33,881 bases of DNA, from positions 1 through 33,881 of IMG/VR virus record IMGVR_UViG_3300011335_000500. One strand, given 5' to 3'. The translations under genes were made by a program, and so were the position numbers. Origin of the DNA: a virus. Lineage: Duplodnaviria > Caudoviricetes. Shown in pieces: positions 25,869-33,744 of the stretch (within the stretch, counting starts at the first letter, position 1; every line of letters starts with the position of its first letter). The notes under the pieces were generated by a model. The model saw nothing but the letters and a program-made list of their open reading frames with translations. It ran no database searches and had not been told where the DNA came from.

Positions 25869-26920
25869 AAGACTTTGATGCAGTCTATAAGCGCGGTCTA
25901 ATCATCGTTGACCGCCTTTACCGGCAAGCCATTGCCGATCAAATCAAAGGCGACAAAGCAGCCGCCAAAAAATCTTGGGGAAAATATCAATCTGCCCTGT
26001 CACAGATCCTTACCTTGACCGTTCTACATGGTGAGGCGGTTGCATACGCGGCAGCGCAGCGGGCTGGTTTAAAAATCAAGCCTGATCCAAAACTCAAAAA
26101 AAAGCCCGAAACCTTTGCTGAACGCAAAGCAACGGTTGGCTTTGAAGCCGGTGACTTTTGGGAAGCCATTTGGGGATTCAAGAAAAAAATACCTTTAGCG
26201 TCCAAGGCAGTCCAAAAGGCGCAACGTGAAATGGATCAATTGGCCGCCAAGATTGCCAAGGCGGAAAGCGTCAACGCCTTAAACGACCTTTCAGCGCGCC
26301 TAGAAGCACTACGCAAGACTTTAAAAGGCTCTTTCCGCGTCAAGGGGGCTTCGGCGGCGCAGGCTAGGAAACTCAAGGCTTTGATTGCGGATGCCATTAT
26401 TCATAAGAAACTGCCCGAAGGCTTGCGAACCGGCGGAATGAGCCAATTCATTTCCCGCGCGCAAGTGGAGGGGATCGTTGGCTTGACTAGCGCGCGCATG
26501 GAAACGGTCTACCGCACCAATGTGGCAAGCGCATACAACGATGCAACCGTAGACGCTATGGACAAACCAGCTGTTCAATCATGGGCTCCATTGCTTCGCC
26601 TAGTCGAAATTCACGATTCCCGCACTCGTGGCGCGCCAAACGGTGTTTACAAGCAAAAGGGAAAGAGCGCAAACGAGGGCTTCCATTGGCAAATGGACGG
26701 CTACATTGAAACGGCGCAGCGATTTAAGGAACAAAACCTTGTTCCGCCCAACGGTTACAACTGCCGTGGCTCGCTTGAACCATTTACGCATGACGATGCC
26801 GGCGAATTAGGCTTGCTGGATAAGGATGAGAATATAGACCAAGCGAAACTAAATCGCTATAACAGCAAGAGGCAGCAAGTGATTGATCGCGGGCTATACC
26901 CCGATGCAGGATTCAAATGA
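25832..26920 (+). CDS. MuF / SPP1 gp7-like minor head protein
   Basis: RMETVYRTNVASAY, DSRTR, HWQMDG, PPNGYNCRG. Confidence 0.85.
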   Translation: MPRQKSRDTKGLKDFDAVYKRGLIIVDRLYRQAIADQIKGDKAAAKKSWGKYQSALSQILTLTVLHGEAVAYAAAQRAGLKIKPDPKLKKKPETFAERKATVGFEAGDFWEAIWGFKKKIPLASKAVQKAQREMDQLAAKIAKAESVNALNDLSARLEALRKTLKGSFRVKGASAAQARKLKALIADAIIHKKLPEGLRTGGMSQFISRAQVEGIVGLTSARMETVYRTNVASAYNDATVDAMDKPAVQSWAPLLRLVEIHDSRTRGAPNGVYKQKGKSANEGFHWQMDGYIETAQRFKEQNLVPPNGYNCRGSLEPFTHDDAGELGLLDKDENIDQAKLNRYNSKRQQVIDRGLYPDAGFK

Positions 26921-27078
26921 CAGAAATGACCCTTCAGCAAATCAATAAGGCAATCCGAGAAGCCAAGAAAGAGCGCGCTGCAATCATTGCGGCGCAGGCT
27001 GCATACCTGAAGGCCGCTGAAGATACGCGCAAGGCAGTTGACCTAGCAATGGAAAAGGCACGAAAGGCAAACCAATGA
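26917..27078 (+). CDS. 53-aa helical peptide (MTEMTLQQINKAIRE...)
   Basis: ATGA overlaps at both ends; not in the ORF track. Confidence 0.7.
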   Translation: MTEMTLQQINKAIREAKKERAAIIAAQAAYLKAAEDTRKAVDLAMEKARKANQ

Positions 27079-28094
27079 AGATTGAAGATAAAGCGTATTT
27101 TGCAGTTTCACCGGCTGAAACAGAAAAGAAAATTCGTGATCTAACAGCGGCGTGGCGTAAGTTAATGAATGTCGCCGACAACTTGCACGGCATGGCTAAC
27201 CCATCGCCGGAAATTATGAAACGCCAAGATCAAGTGGATGCTGACATGGAACGCATCGGCAACCAAATAGCGGAGTTAAAAAAATCAATTGGCGTTCAAG
27301 AAAATGTTTCTGTAAGACTTGCCAAGCCCGTCGAGGACAAAGCGTATTTTGACCGCCGAATTGAAGTCGAAACATGGAAAAGCCCAAAGGGAACAACCTA
27401 CATTGCCGGACTGCATCAATTAAGCGGCGGTTCATTCCAACCGTTTGTTACCGCTACTTATGCCGACGGCGAACAACAATTGATGACTAGAAATATGTTG
27501 AGATTTAAAACGGAAGATGGCGCAAGAAAATGGTTGAGCGCAGAAATTACAAGGCGCAAAACACCAAATGCCCGCCAAGGCATCAAGGCTAGGTTTGATA
27601 AAGAATGGACTGAAGCCGGATTTAGTGCTTCGTTCTTTATTAAAAAATTGCAAGGCATGATGGCCGTGTATCAAGGCGAAAACGATAACGAATACAGAAA
27701 CAAGATTATTGGCTATGCAAAAACATTGGCTAATCATCCCGACTTTGTATTGAATGGCGTGAGTTCTCAAGCGTTGGCTAAAAAGGCTTTTGCACTTGTT
27801 AAATTTAAATATGCCCGCACAGGAACCAAATCCAAGTTTGCCAACCGTGGCGCGTTCGCCGAAGCGTCATCGTCGCCGGTACTTGGAAGCCTGCTAGAGA
27901 AAAAAGTAATGCCTGAAGGTGGTTGGCGCGCGGTGGAAACTGATGGCGCGGCGTTAGTAATCGCCTTCGAGGACGGCGACATTGCGGGCAACTTTGCTAG
28001 GAGAGCATCGGAAAATGGTTATAGTGCGACTGCGCCAATGGCTATGGCGGGACGATTTTGGAATGTAAAGGTACAAAATGAAAACAAAAACTAA
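27075..28094 (+). CDS. Head-module multi-domain protein 1 (four ~82-aa modules; putative cargo polyprotein)
   Basis: Modules delimited by EDKAYF|A, EDKAYF|D, ARQGIKARF|D and ARTGTKSKF|A. Confidence 0.8.
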   Translation: MKIEDKAYFAVSPAETEKKIRDLTAAWRKLMNVADNLHGMANPSPEIMKRQDQVDADMERIGNQIAELKKSIGVQENVSVRLAKPVEDKAYFDRRIEVETWKSPKGTTYIAGLHQLSGGSFQPFVTATYADGEQQLMTRNMLRFKTEDGARKWLSAEITRRKTPNARQGIKARFDKEWTEAGFSASFFIKKLQGMMAVYQGENDNEYRNKIIGYAKTLANHPDFVLNGVSSQALAKKAFALVKFKYARTGTKSKFANRGAFAEASSSPVLGSLLEKKVMPEGGWRAVETDGAALVIAFEDGDIAGNFARRASENGYSATAPMAMAGRFWNVKVQNENKN

Positions 28095-29394
28095 TTTTGC
28101 AACAACATCGGATGTCAGAAATTTGATTAACGCAACTATGGAAACCTTTCCAAAGGGGCCGGAGCGTGACGGCATCCAAACAAAGATGTTTAATTTTTGG
28201 GATAATTTCAACGCTGGAAACAACTTGCCCGCAGGATCTGACCGTAAACGGTTTCTTGCCGAAGCCTTTGACAACATAAACGCAGCACTTCGCACAGCAC
28301 AGCGGCTAGACAATGAAGGCAACAAAGGCTGCGTTATGAAAGTAACCGTGTTGGAATCAAAGTTGACAGGAATTAAAGTAGGCAAAAACGAAATGGCAAA
28401 GGTTGAAGATAATTTTTACGGCAAGCGCGTTGTGAAGGGAATCTTTGCGAAGGCGAAGTTTGCAAAAGAATACATATTGTGGGCTGTTCCAAAAGGCAAA
28501 ACGGACACAATGTATTCACAGCCCATAGCGGAACACCTGTACACGGATGCACAAATAAACGATGTAAAACGCAGAGCAACCGCTGCGGGTTGGCATACCT
28601 TTAGAATTGCTGAGATGATGAGTTTCGAGGATATGACAAACGCTTTTAAGGGCAAGCCTGTTAAAAGACGAAGTTCTCGCACCGGCTCGAAGGCGAAGTT
28701 TGCAAAAATGAGCCCTGAAAAAGTAAAAATGTTGACTGAAGCGGTTCAACAAGTTGTAAAAGAAAAACCATTGATTACTAGGAAATACTACGCAGATCAC
28801 GGATTGTCAGAAGTGCGATGGTTTTGGGATATATATTGGGCAGCACAAAAAAAACTGCCGCCAAATTTTGTAAGCGATCATTATAAAGATGGGTTACATG
28901 ACAGTCATATTCAAACAATTTTAAAGTCTGCATTAAAATCATACTCATCCCGCACCGGCGCAAAGGCGAAGTTTGCCAACGAGGAAATTGCCAAAGGGCT
29001 TTCCAAAGTCTTGAAAGCAAACGGCTTTGACGCAATGGCATCGGAAGTTCTTAGCGGTTCAACAGATTCCGAAACGCTTCGCAAATATATCCGCGCGTTG
29101 AAAAGCAAACTTTCACCTATGGGCGGAAATGATAGGGGAATGTTCTTGTTGCAAACACTTGAAAAGCAACTTGCTTCCCGCACCGGCGCAAAGGCGAAGT
29201 TTGCAATAAAGAAAATTAAAGATTTAGGTAACGGTTGGGTTGTTGAAGAAGCAACCGGCAACGATGCTTTTAACCCTAGTGCTACAGAATTGTATTTAAC
29301 AAAAGGAAGCAAAACAATTCCTGTTGAATCTCTTAAACACGCAATTGAAACCTACAACGATCTTATAACGGGTAAAAAAGGGATTTATAAATAA
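28078..29394 (+). CDS. Head-module multi-domain protein 2 (about five modules; putative cargo polyprotein)
   Basis: Modules delimited by KTKTNF|A, AKAKF|A, SRTGSKAKF|A and SRTGAKAKF|A twice. Confidence 0.8.
   Translation: MKTKTNFATTSDVRNLINATMETFPKGPERDGIQTKMFNFWDNFNAGNNLPAGSDRKRFLAEAFDNINAALRTAQRLDNEGNKGCVMKVTVLESKLTGIKVGKNEMAKVEDNFYGKRVVKGIFAKAKFAKEYILWAVPKGKTDTMYSQPIAEHLYTDAQINDVKRRATAAGWHTFRIAEMMSFEDMTNAFKGKPVKRRSSRTGSKAKFAKMSPEKVKMLTEAVQQVVKEKPLITRKYYADHGLSEVRWFWDIYWAAQKKLPPNFVSDHYKDGLHDSHIQTILKSALKSYSSRTGAKAKFANEEIAKGLSKVLKANGFDAMASEVLSGSTDSETLRKYIRALKSKLSPMGGNDRGMFLLQTLEKQLASRTGAKAKFAIKKIKDLGNGWVVEEATGNDAFNPSATELYLTKGSKTIPVESLKHAIETYNDLITGKKGIYK
28448..29204 (+). repeat. Dispersed in-frame linker repeats
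   Basis: TCCCGCACCGGCGCAAAGGCGAAGTTTGC identical at 28948-28976 and 29176-29204; variant at 28675-28704; CGAAGGCGAAGTTTGCAAAA shared by 28448 and 28688. Confidence 0.92.
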
Positions 29395-30644
29395 TGGCCG
29401 CATCCCACCAAACCGAAACTACGCCGGACGGCAAGGTTCGCATTAAAGACTTGGAATTGTTCATGGGTTACGATCCCTCGATTGATGCGGCGGATGATGA
29501 TGCCATGCAGGAATACGATTCCGAGAAGGTAAAGGACATTGTTAGCCGCACCAATAAGTTTATTGCGCGCGGAAGCCGTCCCAAACTTGTGATTGAACAT
29601 GAAAAAGATGGCAAGCCCAGCAACCCAAAGGCGGTTGGCGACATTGAAAAGGTGTGGCTTGAAGAACGCAACGGCGTTTCCTACGTCATTGGCGATGTCA
29701 TTATGCCCCAAAAATCATACGATGCGTACTTAGCAACCAATGCTTTCCCGCGTCGATCCGCTGAAATTTGGAAAGACAATCATTTGAGCGAAGTGGCATT
29801 GCTGGGTCGCGATACCCCGCGCCGGCCATTGCCGGACACTTCATTTACGAAACTTGGCGATAAGATTATTTTTGAAAGAAAATTGTCCACGTTGGACATG
29901 ACTATTGACTTGAAAAGCAAATTTGACGAAATTGGCGTAGGTGGTGGTTCAAACACCTTCGTCCCATCGTCAGGAATTACAAAGGAAACAAAAATGGCTA
30001 AGAAGAAGCGAATGGATGCTGAAGAAGAATTGAAGCAAAACGCCGCTATGGAATGCGCTGTTGACCCCGACGAGGATGAGGAAAATTTTGAGGGCGATGA
30101 CCTTGAAACTATGGAATCCGATGCCGAAGCAATGGGCGCGGATGACATGGAAGATGAAATGGCCGAGGATGAGGATTTGGAAGTTATGGCCGAGGATGAG
30201 GACGAAGATGACAACGCCTACGGCGGAAAGAAGAAAATGAAGCAACCCGTATTTAGCAAGGGCAGCCGATCCGAGAAGGCTTTATTTGCTCAAGTTCAGG
30301 CTTTGACCGAAGCAAACAAGGCTATGGAGCGTCAATTGCGCCTTGAGCGATTTGGCAAGGAAATTGACAACATGGTGCGCGACGGTTTCCGTTGCTCCAA
30401 ATTCCGCAATCAAATGGTTGAGGAGTTGGCGGACAGCGAAGCCCCGCAAGCAAAGGTTTCCTTTTGGAAAGCGACAATGGCGCGCGATCTGACAGGTATG
30501 CCGATGTTGGCTCAAATGACTGTGCAAAACGATAGCCCAAATATGGGTGACCGTGAAGCAAGCGACCGCGCTGTTCGTGAAGCAGCCGGCGACATGATGA
30601 AATTCAAACAACTGTTCAGCAAGTACACAGGCAAACAAGCCTAA
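29394..30644 (+). CDS. Prohead protease-scaffold fusion (Mu gpI-like)
   Basis: PKLVIEH, AVG.I, RRSAEI, VALLG..P motifs; highly acidic and coiled-coil C-terminal half. Confidence 0.8.
   Translation: MAASHQTETTPDGKVRIKDLELFMGYDPSIDAADDDAMQEYDSEKVKDIVSRTNKFIARGSRPKLVIEHEKDGKPSNPKAVGDIEKVWLEERNGVSYVIGDVIMPQKSYDAYLATNAFPRRSAEIWKDNHLSEVALLGRDTPRRPLPDTSFTKLGDKIIFERKLSTLDMTIDLKSKFDEIGVGGGSNTFVPSSGITKETKMAKKKRMDAEEELKQNAAMECAVDPDEDEENFEGDDLETMESDAEAMGADDMEDEMAEDEDLEVMAEDEDEDDNAYGGKKKMKQPVFSKGSRSEKALFAQVQALTEANKAMERQLRLERFGKEIDNMVRDGFRCSKFRNQMVEELADSEAPQAKVSFWKATMARDLTGMPMLAQMTVQNDSPNMGDREASDRAVREAAGDMMKFKQLFSKYTGKQA
29994..30644 (+). CDS. Scaffold protein from an internal in-frame start (Mu gpZ-like)
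   Basis: AAGGAAACAAAAATG at codon 201 of the protease ORF. Confidence 0.6.
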   Translation: MAKKKRMDAEEELKQNAAMECAVDPDEDEENFEGDDLETMESDAEAMGADDMEDEMAEDEDLEVMAEDEDEDDNAYGGKKKMKQPVFSKGSRSEKALFAQVQALTEANKAMERQLRLERFGKEIDNMVRDGFRCSKFRNQMVEELADSEAPQAKVSFWKATMARDLTGMPMLAQMTVQNDSPNMGDREASDRAVREAAGDMMKFKQLFSKYTGKQA

Positions 30645-30662
30645 TTTTAAAGGAAAAATACA

Positions 30663-31091
30663 ATGGGATCATTTTCAGGTACACCAGCACTTCAAGCAAC
30701 AGGCACAATTCTGCCATACACATTCGTAGGCATTGGTAGCGCGGATAACACGGGCGCGGCGGCAACTGCTGCTACAACCGTTGTTCTTGGCGTTTCCGAT
30801 GGTTCAACATTGCAATTTGATAGCGCAAATCATGCAACCACGGGCTTGCCAATCACGCTTCAAGGCGGCGATGTTGTGCTAATCGCTGTAACGGCTTCTA
30901 CGGCTATTGCCGTAGGCGACCGTTTGCAGGCTTCCACAAGTGGCTACGCAATTAAGGCGGTTGCTACCGCAGGCCCTGCTTTGCGTTGGCAAGGCTTGGT
31001 TGCTCTTGAGGCAGTTTCTTCACAAGCGTCAAATGTTGTTATTCGTGCATACAAAAGCGGTGGAATGGTTTACTACCCAACCACACTTTAA
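30663..31091 (+). CDS. Capsid cement/decoration protein (DUF2190-like)
   Basis: 142 aa, Ala/Thr-rich, IAVGDRL..STSGYA..A, GLVALEA; located between scaffold and MCP. Confidence 0.7.
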   Translation: MGSFSGTPALQATGTILPYTFVGIGSADNTGAAATAATTVVLGVSDGSTLQFDSANHATTGLPITLQGGDVVLIAVTASTAIAVGDRLQASTSGYAIKAVATAGPALRWQGLVALEAVSSQASNVVIRAYKSGGMVYYPTTL

Positions 31092-31117
31092 AACAAACTT
31101 ACAAAGGAGTATGAAAA

Positions 31118-32146
31118 ATGGCTGAAGTAGGAGTTGGTGGTGGCCCGAATACATTCGTTCCCACCTTTAGTCCGGCAACCGGACAATTGCAGATCGAGTT
31201 TACACGTTCCGTAAATCAGTTTCCAATTACGCGTTATGCCCAAATTGTTCCTGTGACCGCCATGAAGGGTTACTACCTCAAAATTGATGAGGAAGAAACT
31301 GCCCGCTTGGTTACTGTTCAAGATGCCCAATGGCCGCTTGGCGAAGATCGACCAACAGGAATCAACAGCGATTTTGAATTTGTTGCATACACAACGCAAC
31401 GCTTCCAAAACTCGTTCAGCATTCCAGCGGAAACCGCGCGCCAATCAGCTTGGGATATTGTTGCGAGCCATGCTCGTATTCAAGCCGCCAAGATGATGAC
31501 GCACCGCGCTTCCCGCGCTGCAACAACTTTGACGACTTCCGGCAATTACCCATCCAACGCTTATGTTGCTAGTGCAACAGCGGCTATTGGTGCAGCAATT
31601 ACAACGACCGATGGCGTACAAAAGTTGATCCGCTACGCAATTGAACAAATTGTTCAAAACACAGTTGGCGTTGTAACTCCAAAGGACATTATCATGGTAA
31701 TGAATCCATCAGCCGCGCGCATTATTGCGTCAACTGACGGCGTTCGTGACTATGTGAAGAACACCCCAATGGCTTTCAGCGCGTTGACAGGCGATGCAAC
31801 ATTCGCAACCTACGGCTTGCCGCAAACCTTGTTTGGTTTGGGTGGCGTTGTTGTTGATGACACAGTCAAGGTAACAACCCGCAAGGGCGCGTTGACACCT
31901 TCCCGTGGATTCTTCTACGGTACAGCGGCAGCCCCATCGGTTGTATTTGTGAGCCGTCCCGGCGGTTTGGTTGGAAACGAAGGCCCTTCGTTCTCAAGTT
32001 TGACTGTGTTTGCCTATGAGGACATGACAGTTGAAACCTTGGAAGATCCTTGGAATCGACGCATCAAGGGTTCAGTTGTTGACAATTCAGCAATTGAATT
32101 GACTGCGCCACTTTCAGCATTCTACTGTTTAGACATTCTTACCTAA
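31118..32146 (+). CDS. Major capsid protein (HK97 fold)
   Basis: 342 aa; strong AAGGAG RBS; canonical position; IIMVMNP segment; followed by a terminator. Confidence 0.85.
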   Translation: MAEVGVGGGPNTFVPTFSPATGQLQIEFTRSVNQFPITRYAQIVPVTAMKGYYLKIDEEETARLVTVQDAQWPLGEDRPTGINSDFEFVAYTTQRFQNSFSIPAETARQSAWDIVASHARIQAAKMMTHRASRAATTLTTSGNYPSNAYVASATAAIGAAITTTDGVQKLIRYAIEQIVQNTVGVVTPKDIIMVMNPSAARIIASTDGVRDYVKNTPMAFSALTGDATFATYGLPQTLFGLGGVVVDDTVKVTTRKGALTPSRGFFYGTAAAPSVVFVSRPGGLVGNEGPSFSSLTVFAYEDMTVETLEDPWNRRIKGSVVDNSAIELTAPLSAFYCLDILT

Positions 32147-32166
32147 GCAACTCAAAGTTTGCATTC

Positions 32167-32207
32167 AAAGGGTTGCTTAGTTTAATCGCTAGGCAACCCT
32201 TTTCTTT
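32167..32207 (+). terminator. Intrinsic terminator after the MCP gene
   Basis: AAAGGGTTGCTTAG-N8-CTAGGCAACCCTTT-TCTTT. Confidence 0.85.
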
Positions 32208-32218
32208 GGAAGGCTATT

Positions 32219-32704
32219 ATGAATCAACTTTTGACTAACACCCGCTTGGCTCTTTACGTTGATGAGCGAATTTTAAAAGAACTGTCTACCGACGACAATA
32301 CGGACGGCACGATTTCAACTTCACCCACGATTACGGCGGCTATCCTGCGCGCTGGCGAGGAAGTGGCTTCGGCTGCGACACGATCTAACACCTATTCAAC
32401 CGTAGATTTAGATACCTTGGCAACCGCCAACAACGGAATGCTAGAAGGCTTGGTTGCTGATCTTGCCCTATGCTTCCTGTTTGAACGTAGGGGCGGCGAT
32501 GTACCCGAAACGGTCAAGGCTAAGGCTGTGCGCGCGCAAGCGTCCTTGAGCGATCTACGCGACGGTAAACGAGTTTTTGCCAATGATGTCAATAGAGCAG
32601 CCGGCTTGCCCAGCGTGTCCGTGGTATCCGTTCAGGCGCGCGGAAACCTTGGAATGGTTTCGGACACTTCATTTTTCCCTGTGCGGCGTGATCGAGTCTA
32701 CTAA
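32219..32704 (+). CDS. Head-tail adaptor (Mu gp36/DUF1320-like)
   Basis: ITAAILRAGEEV, LVADLALCFLFERR, LSDLRDGK. Confidence 0.78.
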   Translation: MNQLLTNTRLALYVDERILKELSTDDNTDGTISTSPTITAAILRAGEEVASAATRSNTYSTVDLDTLATANNGMLEGLVADLALCFLFERRGGDVPETVKAKAVRAQASLSDLRDGKRVFANDVNRAAGLPSVSVVSVQARGNLGMVSDTSFFPVRRDRVY

Positions 32705-33210
32705 TGAATCCGCTGCAACAGTTACTAGCCAAATTGCAAAGTTCAAACGTTGGCTTGATCTTAAAAAAGCAAGCTCAAAAGCGTATCCGTGAGCGTGGAG
32801 CCGACATTGGCGGCTATGCGCCGCTATGGGCTGACAGCGCGCGCCTAAACGTAGGCACAAAGAAGAAGCCAAAGTTTATTGACCATTACCGCAAAGGCGG
32901 CGTTCCGCTATATGACACCGGCGAGCTGTTCCGCAGTTTGTCGGCTAAGACTGAAATTATCGCTAACGGCATTCGATTGATCTTAATTGGTTCCGCAATA
33001 GCCGTTGCCCAAAGCAAGGGGTTCAAAATAATCGGAGCCGTGACTATTCCGTTTACGCGTCGAGCCGTGCGGGGCGATCCTAAGGGCGCGCGTGAAAATT
33101 TAAGGGTACGTAACGGCGTGACTGTTCCAGCGCGACCCATATTTGCCATGCCTGAAACCGCAAAAAAAGAATTGGTACGCGCTATCGCTAGAGCGATGGG
33201 CACACGTTAA
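32704..33210 (+). CDS. Virion morphogenesis/neck protein (Mu gpG-like)
   Basis: PLYDTGELFRSL, VTVPARPIF. Confidence 0.78.
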   Translation: MNPLQQLLAKLQSSNVGLILKKQAQKRIRERGADIGGYAPLWADSARLNVGTKKKPKFIDHYRKGGVPLYDTGELFRSLSAKTEIIANGIRLILIGSAIAVAQSKGFKIIGAVTIPFTRRAVRGDPKGARENLRVRNGVTVPARPIFAMPETAKKELVRAIARAMGTR

Positions 33211-33231
33211 ACTAGAAACAAGGAGAAACCT

Positions 33232-33744
33232 ATGGCTTTAGCACCTGAAGTAGTTGGCCCGTACACGATTTCAACAGTTGTTGGCTCAACAACCCGCATT
33301 TTGGGGCGTGGCGACAATGATGACTTGTTCAAATTAGATTTGAATTACACATATACCGACATTTTCACAAACGATTCCGGCACGATGCCGTTTGAATCGG
33401 TAAGAACAGGCGTAAAAGCCGAGTGTTTTTTCAGTCTAATTGTAATAGACCGCGCAGTTTTAAGCGCGTTTTTAGCCGACATTGACGGCGGCGGAACGGC
33501 TGCTGAAGCCCCTTTTCCTGTTGTTGGCACAACATTAAAAAATTCAGCGGCATTAGGACAAACAACGTTTTCGGTTGTAGTGAATTACACAACAACATTA
33601 ACAGTAAAGCGTTGCCGGCTACTTAGCCTTAAACAACTTGATTTTGGAAACAAGGCAACCCGATTTGCTTTTCATTGTGAGGCTTTGCCGCTGGTTACAT
33701 CTAGCGCGGTAGCTTACACAAGCGATATTTACGCGATAGCATAA
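33232..33744 (+). CDS. Putative tail tube protein
   Basis: 170 aa, beta-rich; AAGGAG RBS; located between the neck gene and the frameshifting chaperone. Confidence 0.6.
   Translation: MALAPEVVGPYTISTVVGSTTRILGRGDNDDLFKLDLNYTYTDIFTNDSGTMPFESVRTGVKAECFFSLIVIDRAVLSAFLADIDGGGTAAEAPFPVVGTTLKNSAALGQTTFSVVVNYTTTLTVKRCRLLSLKQLDFGNKATRFAFHCEALPLVTSSAVAYTSDIYAIA

Noticed and set aside
28448-29204. 29-bp repeats as a CRISPR array
   Set aside because: The intervening segments are about 200-250 bp, variable in length and in-frame coding; there are no cas genes
22218-33210. Transposable Mu-like phage
   Set aside because: Only the head and neck genes are Mu-like; there is no DDE transposase, MuB or host DNA at the ends
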